Origin: Dimorphilus gyrociliatus | Taxonomy: Eukaryota > Animalia > Annelida | DNA length: 64,000 bases | Direction: 5' to 3' | Assembly: GCA_904063045.1 (NCBI GenBank) | Contig: CAJFCJ010000007.1 | Coordinates: 2,239,404-2,303,403 of the forward strand | Shown here: positions 10,301 through 20,596 of the stretch, piece after piece | Position numbering within the stretch: position 1 is the first letter of the stretch | Layout of the letters: each line of letters begins with the position of its first letter | Notes under the pieces: generated by a model | Told to the model about the DNA's origin: nothing | Databases searched by the model: none | What the model saw: only the letters and a program-made list of their open reading frames with translations | Position numbers and translations under genes: made by a program

Positions 10301-13300
10301 AATCGGCTCTTAATGTGATAGCCTTTGCGTAACATCTAAAAAAAGATAAGTGAAATTATAATCTAATAATAGTCGTAATATTATTTTAAAAAAGGTCATT
10401 TGTAGTTAATACCTTTCAGCGATCATAAAAGCGTCCTTCTTGCCTATCTCGGTCATATTACTTTCATCATCGGTAGTTTTTATTAAATATTCAGGTACGC
10501 ACATCCTAATATTAATTAATATATTAAAATAGCCTCTTAAAGATTATATATATATATATATATATATATGTTTTATTTTGCTTACGTATCAAATTGAACT
10601 TTATAAATAATAGAAAACACATCTCCCAGTAATTTCCAAACGCATGTTGAATTTTTCCGTCGAAAAAGACATCTTAAAGAAAAAAATATTTTTAAAACTT
10701 CTAAAAGCTAAGCATCTATTTCTAAAAGCTAAGCATTTACTTGACTAAGCTTTTAGCAGCTTTTTCACAATGCGCTAAAGCTCGTTTGTCAAAAGTATCT
10801 CTTAGGGCAACTTTAGCCAATAAAAATTGTGTTTCTCCAATTCCTATAAATAAGTCATTTTTAAGACAAAAAAAGATATGTATCTTCAAAAGAAGTACCC
10901 TTCAGAGCGGGAACATAATTAGTATCAATCTTTAAAACTTCTTCATACTCTTTTATGGCTTCTATATATTGACCAAGTAATTGCGAAACTGCTGCAGATC
11001 TAAAATAAAAAAGAAAGAAAATGTTCGTAATTAATGAGAAATCTATGATAAAATCAATACATACTTAAATAAGGGATAAATAGCATTCTCATCGATTTCA
11101 TGAGCTTTTCCGAATGCTTTTAAAGCTGAGTTGTAACTACCTCTTAAGATATACGCCTCAGCTAAACATTCCCACATATGTCTATTTTAGAAAAGGAAAT
11201 TAATATTCTATTTAAAGTGTTTCATTTTAGTTTCTTTCTCTAAATATAATTAAAGAAAAGATCAATTATTGACCTGTCACCCAGATCGATTTTCAGAGCT
11301 TTTTGAAGACAACGAATACTTTCTTTGGAATTCTTCTTCTTCATATTTAGCATGCCTAACCTAGTCCAAGCCCACTTCAAGCTGTTAGAAAAACAAATGA
11401 TTTCAGGAAAAACTTTACAGCGTACCGGAACTTACTTTCCAACGTTTTCTTCAGTAACTCCCTTTAGTAGTTTAATACCATCATCCTAAAATATTTAGTA
11501 TTTTCTTGTATTATTCAAAGAAATTTTTCAATAAGAAACAATAAAACCTACATAAGATTTGTCTGATGCGGATAAAAGTAATAAATCAATATATTTAGCT
11601 CCAGTCTCAGAGTTTCTTTTATCCAATTCAAAAGCTCTTTTAAAGCATAATAAGCATAATTTTTTAAAGCATAATTTTGCTCTTCTATAATAATATAATA
11701 AAGTCATATCGATAAAAATTGATTCACCTTCTTGTTATACATTTATTTTAATAATTACTCTTTTAAACTATTATCTTCGTAATAGTAACCAAGATAAATA
11801 AATGGTTCAGGGGAATATGGATTTAATCGGGCAGCCTTTGAAAAAAAAAAATTGATTTACCTTAATAACAACAATCAACTATTAAACGGTATTTAAGTTA
11901 TACTCACTTCAGTTAAAATTCTTAAGGCCTCCATCTCGTTCAATTTATATAAAACGATTCCATACTTGGTCATAAGTGAAGAACTCTTCGGAAAAGATTT
12001 AATAGCTTGTTTTAAGCTGGTAAAGAAAATCGTTGTTTAACATTAGTCAAATAGAAAAAAAAGGGGAAGGCATTTTACTCACGCAATCAATGCATTTTCA
12101 AGTGATCCTTTAGCAGTTTCCAAATCGACCTTAATAATCCAAAACTGTTCCGTTTCCGAAAAGTTTTCTTGATGAAAAAATTTTAAACACTCATCAACTT
12201 TCGAATTTAAATTTAGCTTTAGAAGAGTTTTGGCCTTTAATAGAATCCATTCTGATTGATTGTTGGACTTTCCGATCATCTATTAATTGAATTCCCACAT
12301 CAATATTTAGAGTATGTTATATATGAACATAGAAAATAAAAAAAAATATTCTTCAATATAGAACAAGTCAGAAAAATATACTAGATAATTACCTCATCAG
12401 CTATTTCTTTAGCTTGTATATAGTCCGATTTATCCGATTGATTGATAAGAGATTCGACTAGAAACATTTTAGCTTTTTCCTCTTGTAGTTTTAATGTAAC
12501 ATTCGATCGTTTTTTCTTAATGATTTTCAATACTAGATAAATTGTTATAAATTACTATTAAATTAAACTTTATTAATAAGGCACCAACTGTAATCGCACG
12601 CCTTAATGTTCGATTTAAAGTTTCTAACATGGATAAGGCACTGAGAATAAATTAACCACGCAGATAGATTTTCTCCATGATTTTTCAATACTGCAATTAC
12701 AGGCGTGAAATAGGATGAAAATAGATAAGTAGTTCATCATTAAAACTATACTTTCTGTAAACAATTTACAACAAGTCGAATATTCTCCCTTTCTAAATAA
12801 AAGTATCGCCTCCACTAATGATGTATAATTGATGCATTCTAATGATTGTAATGTTTCACTAATACTCTCCAGTTTGGTATAATAAATGTCGCTTGTAAAA
12901 TCCAACAAGATTTTATCAATGACCATTTCGATTTCGAATTGTAATAAGAATTTATTTCTTGGGAATTTATTCTTAGAATCGTCAAGAAGAGTTTGCAATT
13001 TTTCAACTTCGTTTTCCTTTATAAGTAGTTAAAATATGAATATTATTTATAATATAGATTAAAAAATGTTTAATATTTTTTACCCATTTATAAAATTGTA
13101 GTAATTCTATCACATACTTTACTAAATCATCTTGATTAGAATTTTGGCTTAGATAGATTAAGCTTTCTTCAACCTGTGTTATTATTATAAACTTTATTAA
13201 TAAAATATTTATATCTCTATAAATAAATATTTATATTTAGATGTAATAAGAGGTATAACATTTGACTTATATTCCTCAAAACTTTCGTTTGCCGCTTGAT

Positions 13301-13995
13301 AAATGCAACGATAAATGTCCAAAATCATATCTTTATCGGTAGTCGTATTTAATGCTATCTTTCCGGTCTCTATACACTAAATAACAAATAAAACATAAAG
13401 ATTTTATAATACGTTTCCGGAAAATAGATATTGGAATAGGCTTTATCAACAAGCCTTGAAACTACCTTGTCAAAACGTTTGACAGATAGATATAACTTTA
13501 CTAATGTTGAAAGATATCCAATTACTTTATCATCGTTCCTTAAAAAGTGAGAGAGAAAGGGAGAGTTTTTTCATTATTTAAATATAGAAAACAAATCTAC
13601 TTTTCAATTACCCCTTAAGGAGAATTAAGAGTTTTTCACATGCTATGATATGGCGTTGATTTGATTCTTCGTCGTCTTTTTTTTTTAATAATGACGATAG
13701 ACCCTGCCAAGCCAGAATTTGATCCGGTTGCTGCTCTATTGCGCAATTATAGGCATTTAAGGCTTGTTGATCTTCATTTAAACCCTCTGCTGCTACACCG
13801 ACGAATATGAGAGCGTTATAATTTGTCTTATCGGATTTTAATATTTCCTAATTTGAAATAAAAAAACAATGAGCGATATAAAATGCACTAAAAAGTAAGT
13901 CCCACTTTGCAAACCCGCAAAGCTTCATTGAAATCTTTTTGTCTTATAAGTTCCCGAGTCTCTTTCAAACTGGCTTTTATTTGCTTAGAATCCAT
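7379..13995 (-). CDS. TTC37: Tetratricopeptide repeat protein 37 / SKI3 (superkiller complex), many exons
   Basis: Start [30 protein letters not shown]|[20 protein letters not shown]; [28 protein letters not shown]...[10 protein letters not shown]; CFKRAFELD. Last exon ends YYETL* (stop 7379-7381). Confidence 0.9.
10545..10569. repeat. (TA)n microsatellite in a TTC37 intron
   Basis: Directly visible. Confidence 0.85.
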
Positions 13996-14390
13996 CTATT
14001 TTTTAATCGCCGGATACTAGACAACGTCTTGCAATTTGGTGAAACCTGGGTATTACTAAATTCTGAAACAGTCAAAGTTCAGTGTGCTATCTAGTCCTAA
14101 CCGGAAGTGACCGATATAATGCACGATGCTGATTGGTTGTTTGTTATTTAGTGGAGTTTCGCTAAATTTTTGACTGTTATTTTATGGGTGATTCGTGATT
14201 AAATGACTTTAAATTGGTTAAATTGAGAATATTTTATTTTTAGAATAAAAATTTATAAACTTTACATTTGATTAACAAAACTAATTTCTTCCCAGGTATT
14301 ATTATATACTTATATAGCTAAGACTTTAATCAGAGCAACTAAAGTTAGACGTCATTCTAGGTTATTTGAAAATTCGAAACAAGTGAAAGG
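13996..14390. promoter_or_regulatory. Probable bidirectional promoter (TTC37 / orphan gene)
   Basis: Head-to-head ATGs 395 bp apart. Contains ETS-type CCGGAAGT at 14101, an inverted CCAAT box (CTGATTGG ~14129) and CHR-like TTTGAA at 14365. Confidence 0.5.
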
Positions 14391-15862
14391 ATGGCCCTGC
14401 CAATGATGCATACTTTTTCTCCGGCTAAAACTCCACGCAAATCAAAAGTTAGCTTTAAAAGGTAACGTTTAAATTCTTATCAGATACAATTTCCCCCGAT
14501 CAGCTTTTTATCTTGCATTATCAACCACTTAATACAAAGACTTCCTTTATTTTAGCAACATTCCCGTTAAAACTCCAAATTCAATTCGAAAGCTTCAAAG
14601 TAGCTGTCAAAAAACTCGCAGAGCACTGGTAAGAAGTTTACTAAACGAAATATTAATCAAATGTGAAAATTGACCTTTTTCAGACGTCAGAAAACGAAAG
14701 GCCTAGAAAAGTATCTTTTGAAATTCCTCAAAAATCAGGCGAACCTATGCTGAGGTAAAATATTTCAAATTTTCCAGCAAAAAGAGTGTTTTTTAAAATC
14801 AATTTAATATTTTCCAGTTCTCAATCGACACCACTTCCTATGCCTCAGAGAATTCCTGTCTCGAAATCAGCTTCATCGTCTAATGCAGCTCTGTCAAAAC
14901 CAGCAAGAGTTCTGGTTTCAACCACTCCGTCGTCATCCAGAAAATTCTCGTCTTACGCATCGTCTACTAAATCAGTGATGTTCCGAACACCGCAACCTAG
15001 AAAAAATCATTCATTATCTGCTCAAAAGGTCTTTTAATCTTTAAATATTATGTATAATACTAAAAGGATATTGTACAATTTCAACAGGCTGGTCACTATC
15101 ATACAGCAATAAAGTCTAGAAGCCCTCTCAAGCTGGACTTTGACTTTGGTAAATTATGAAATTGAAGCTTTTTTTTTATATATACTTAACTTTATCTTAC
15201 ATTTCCAGGGTCCTCACCTGTTCTAAAACAAGCCGTGAAATCAGCTGTAAAGAAAAGCGTTACTTGGCAAGATGATATTAAATCGGATACACCCCCACGT
15301 TTGGCCCTGTCAGATGTTACTAATTCTCCAGATCAACGCAGAAAAAAACTGGCCACATCGCTTATGATAGGCGATATTAATGAAAGCTTAGTTGCTTCTA
15401 TTAAAGAAGAAGGTTTCATTGATGCTTCTGACGAAAATATTCCCATTCAGCATTTACTTACTAAATTCAGAGAAAAGGAGGAAAAAACGAATCAGGTAAT
15501 GAGCGATTCATCTCACGCAATTCAAATTGGATAACTTTAACAATAAATATTAAAATTTGCAGTTAAAAAAAAGATTGGAAAGATGCCTAGATTCACATAA
15601 ACCGTCACGTAGACCGCTAACCGAATTACAAGTTAGACCACGAGTCAGTGAAGAAGAACGATACTTTGAAGTTGAAGAAAGTTCCGAATCTGAAGGCGAG
15701 AATGGAACGCCAGAAGATAACATCAAATTGCCTCGTATTATGGGGAAGTTCGAAGAAATTGATTTGGATTCCGAAGATGACGATAAGGAAAATAAACCAA
15801 CTTCGAACAACGAACAACCGATAACGAATTTCGATTACGAAATCGTTGGAAGAGACGATTGA
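14391..15862 (+). CDS. Orphan Ser/Thr/Pro-rich, probably disordered protein, 357 aa, 7 exons
   Basis: Exons 14391-14461, 14556-14628, 14684-14754, 14818-15028, 15088-15148, 15209-15495 and 15563-15862 join in phase (1074 nt) with all GT-AG introns. No family recognised. Confidence 0.8.
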
Positions 15863-16358
15863 TCTGTTTTTTTTTTTTACTTTAAAAACCGTTCGTTTGA
15901 ACACTATTTGTTTTAAAAACGCATTTTTTAGCCTTATTTTTTTAGGTCTATTGCTGTCTTTGACAAAGGAAATTAAATTAAATATTTAATTTTCTTTATC
16001 AAATCTACAAGAAAAACAGCGGAAATATTCTTTTATATTCATATTTAAACAAACAAAAAAGGATAGTAATAAACATGTAGACATTATTTATACGCTAATT
16101 AAGTAAAAAAAAAAGGCCTTTATTCTATTCCGATAACCCAATTACCGGAAACTTTAATCGTTTGAATTGTAATAATACAGCGATCCTTAACTGATAAGAT
16201 AAAAGGAGTTAATTTGAAATCGTCAATCGAGTTTAATTTTTAATAAATTAGGTTAATATATGAAATACCCTCTCAATTATTTTTATCTTTATTTACAAAG
16301 TCAACAAAGGGGGGTATAAGTTTGAGAGAAAATTACATATAGTTCTAGATGGAAACAG

Positions 16359-16366
16359 TGACGTCA
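16359..16366. promoter_or_regulatory. Full CRE palindrome TGACGTCA, likely in the promoter of receptor A
   Basis: Exact palindrome followed by non-coding exon-like blocks ending in GTAAGT donors (~16448, ~16737). Confidence 0.4.
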
Positions 16367-17517
16367 GCGCATAGAATAGCTACCTATTGCAGACGAGCTA
16401 GTCTTTCCATCGAGGCTGCTCACAATTTCACAAGCGTGTGATATCTTGTAAGTTATCTATTTTCTTTTTTCTACGAAAGTAATAGTTGTTTTTGTTTTTT
16501 TTTTTTAAAAATTTTTCAATGAGATTAATTATTCATTAAATTTTATAGCTTAAGTAAGACTTTGAATTTTACATTTAAATATTAATGCTTTTTGTTTGTT
16601 CAGCATAAAAAAAATATATGAAAATATATTCCATCAGGATAACTTATCACAAAGTCTCATTTCCTGTCTTATCAATCGCCTCTCTAGGTCTACAAAACTC
16701 AAGTACTACAAGATTGTATAATCAGATATTGTTATTGTAAGTTATATCTACGATCTTCGCTAGAGGTTTGTTGTTGTTTTGCTAGTTTTAAAAAAAAGCC
16801 AAGTGGTAAACTATACTAGAAAGCTAGGGAGCTTGTAAACGTTATATTGAAAAGTCGACATCGTTAATTAATGCCAAGTTTCGTCATGCAATTTAGTGAT
16901 GAATTAGGAGATTTTCAATCCTAGCGAGAATCCTACAAGCGATTTTCCCGTAGGCTTAAATTTAAAGGAAATTCTATAAGGTTATTTTAAATAATACATT
17001 CGAGAAAGGGGGCAGTGGGGAAAAAAAACTATTCTGATGTCCCATTTGCCCCAGATAATTATAATTATTAATTAGGAAAGTGTTATAACATCACAAGAAA
17101 AATAATTAAAAATCAAAGTCATTGTTTACAGGCAAGTAATATAAATTCTGTTTATATAAATAAATAGCTGAGGAAATTCTCTTTTTTTTTTAAAAAAAAA
17201 CTAAAAGAAGAAAGTTAACATTTTAAATATAAATTAGTTGATAACGTTAAATTGAACAGATGTTTTAAACATAAAATGAAGCTCTTTTGACTAAAACTAT
17301 ACAATGAAACCTTTGTTTTTTTCTGTTTTCTAAATCTGCCTTTATAGAACATTAATGCATAGTTAGATATAATCTCAACTAATATTTGGTCATTTGAGTG
17401 AGGCTTCAATAATCAATAGTTAATTTGGTTTATTGTCTTCGACTGTGCTCTAAATTGAAAGCTAAAGGTTATCCAGTCCGTTTAACCTATTCTTTCAGGG
17501 GAAAACGATGCTGCAAC

Positions 17518-19775
17518 ATGCTCGACAATTGGTTCTTTCTAATCAACTTATTAGTTAGTTGCTATTGCTTCTTCGTACATGGAATTGGCCAACCTTTCAA
17601 AATGCATAAGGGATCGGGATCTAAGTTAGGTTGTTAACTTGTTTTTTTATCCTTTACCTCATTTTCTCATTTTACTTTTTCCTATCTTTCTATATGTTAT
17701 TTTTGGACATTTTTTCAAAACTATTCATTATTTACATTTATCAATCATTTCTTATTTTTCTTTCTCTCAAATATTTGAAAAGTTTTCCATCTTTTCTTCT
17801 TATTTTTTATGCTCTATTCACTTAAGACGTCAAATCAAAAGGATCTAAGAGTACTGGTTCGAAATTTTCTTACCCCTACTATTACACAAATTCAAGGGAA
17901 ACGAGAAAATTACGGAACACGACGGATGAGGAGCGTTTAATAAAAGATTTATTTATGGATTACGATCCAGATGCTCGGGCGGTGCCATTAGATTCTCACG
18001 TGGTTACGGTTGAAATTCAATATACGTTAATCAGAATTCAGAAGCTGGTCAGTAGATAAATAAGATGCATATATCTACATGTTAACTAGATAATTTGTGG
18101 ATATCGTAACGTATTCAGTAATTTATAGGCTATACTCGTTCATCTAATACATTTATTCATATGACTTTTGTGAAAAATAGGACGAAAGATCTCAAGTTTT
18201 GACTACAACAGGACTCGTAATAACGGTTAATGCTTTGTAGACTGATGAGTTGTCTTTGCGATATAGTCCTAATGGCTTAATCATTCATAGGAATGGATGG
18301 ATAAACGTCTAACTTGGGAGCCGAACGATTACGGGAATCTAACGGACATTGTCGTGCATCCCGGACGGATTTGGCTGCCGGAATTGACGTTAATGAATGG
18401 GTAAACTTTCTCCCTTTTTCATCCTTCGATAATCGTTTTTTTATTGATCGAACATTTACTGAGATAATAGTAATAATATGAAAATAAAATATCCCGTCAG
18501 AGCCGAGGATATGGTTCAAGACTTTGAAAAGATCCGAGTACTCATCTCACATGTAGGAAAATTACACTGGGAGCCTGGAGGAATATTTAGTACAACGTGC
18601 GATATAGATATATCTTTTTTTCCCTTTGATACACAACGATGCCCGATAAAAATTGGAGCATGGGCATATTATAGTCAAAGAATGAATTTAACAAATAGTT
18701 CAAGTATAGTGCCAATGCATGATTTTCGAATGAATGGTGAATGGCAGGTGGTCTCGACTGATGTAGCCTGGGGAGAAACAGTTCTACCTTGCTGTAAGAG
18801 TATAGGCTATTCTTACGTCGAATTTGCCTTACAATTACGAAGGAGAACTATTTTCTACATCGTTAATATTATATTGCCTTGTCTGATGCTTTCTATTCTT
18901 GTGCTGGTTATGAACGAAAGATCACGTATATTTAAATGCTACATGATAGAAACCATAGATCATAAAGTCCATAAGATCCGATTAAATTATTAAATAATGT
19001 CAAATATAGAATTTTTAATGCAAAGTATTACATAAAAAGACATATTAAATATCTTTCGTTCATATGTTACTGGTTGTCTTTTGCATTCCACCTTCCGCTG
19101 GAGAGAAAATTAGCGCAGGAATCAGCGTTCTTCTAGCCTTTACCATTTTTCTTCTTATGGTGGCAGAGACTGTACCGAGGACTTCGTTATACGTACCAAT
19201 AATAGGTAATAACTCTTTTCTATCACTACCATTTCTATTTTGCTAGTCAGCTAATTTTTTTAGATATATTTATTAAATTCAATTTTTTAGTCGTCTATCT
19301 TACTTTTACGATGACGGTTGGAACCCTAAGCGTCTGTTTGACTGTCCTTGTTTTAAATATTCATCATTTACACCCTGAGAAGCCAGTGCCTGGTTGGGTT
19401 AGAATATTTGTACTACAAGTAATGGCCAAGTTTGTGTGCTTTCGGTCACCAATTATCAAAAGAAGCGTGAATAGCATTAAAGCAATTTCGGATCCAGATT
19501 TGACAGCAATTCCCAATAAGCATAACGGTCCTGCTAGACGCTTAGCAAATCACTTATTGTCGGACGGTGAAACGCCATCTAGCGCTTCGGATAGGTTACT
19601 CAGAGCCCTAAGTCTGGAGAAGATGGATCGAGCGGAGGAAAATGACTGGAAGAATGTTGCGAGAGTCGTGGATAGATTTTTGTTCTGGCTTGTGTTTACA
19701 GTCATGATCGTTTCGGCTATATGTATTCTATTGGCACCCTATTATTTACCAGTCTTCGTCGAGCAATCTCGCTAA
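17518..19775 (+). CDS. Nicotinic acetylcholine receptor-like Cys-loop subunit A (alpha-like, vicinal Cys, cation-type pore)
   Basis: Signal peptide MLDNWFFLINLLVSCYCFFVHG; DEERLIKDLFMDYDP; Cys loop CDIDISFFPFDTQRC; loop C LPCC; PPSAGEKIS; M4 WKNVARVVDRFLFW. Confidence 0.9.
18904..19075. mobile_element. MITE/introner-like 166-nt insertion in TM1 of receptor A
   Basis: 14-bp perfect inverted repeat TATGAACGAAAGAT (18909-18922) / ATCTTTCGTTCATA (19051-19064), flanked by the direct repeat CTGGTT (18904-18909, 19070-19075). Absent from paralog B. Confidence 0.5.
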
Positions 19776-20596
19776 AGAATAAAATGCAGTCCTTGACGCT
19801 GCCTCTAATTATTCTTCTTGCTGTACTGCAGTGGGTAATAAGGCGAGATCCTAATAAAATTGGTCGCATCCGCCAACCGATTACATCGGACTAAGCAATT
19901 ATTCAAAAAGAAAACTTATGTGGTACATACCAACATTTATAGGCTTATAAAATCCATTAAGTTGCCCCAAATAAACTCATTAAAACACGTATTTAGCAAT
20001 GAACAGAATATGAAAACCAATAACTTCGCCGTTACAAACAGAAGTTTTCGCACGTTCAATTTATTAAGTAGTTATCGATCCAAAAAGAAATTTCTTCTAC
20101 GAAAAAATTTACGCTTTTCCTCTTTTATCCTTTCTTCTTTCTTCTCCCTTTCGCTTTTTCCTCCGCCCATAATTAGCGGGATTTGCGTCAACCGTTAGGG
20201 GGCGCGGGTGACGACTCAGCTTTCTATTTCTAGTTTTCTTCACATTACTGCAGTGGTAACTTGCGTAAACAGTTTCTTTCCATGGATTTGTAATAAATAA
20301 TGTAAGTAGTCGCTTTATTAAATTTACTCTTGGTGTCAAGAAGAGAAATTAAGAACTTAATAAAAGGAAGATTAAGTTTACTAGAAGAACATGTTTTCTC
20401 TCTTTCAACAACCTCCTACCAGTCAACAAAATCAAGAACAACAACAACCGCTGAAAAGGCTGAGAGTAAAAGTTCGAAAAAATAATTATGTTTCACTTGT
20501 GTTTACATTTATCTTATTGAAAAATAAAAAAAGAAACACATAACGTAACATATTAATCAATGTAAGCTGAGTGTCCTCATTTTTCAGGTATAAAAT

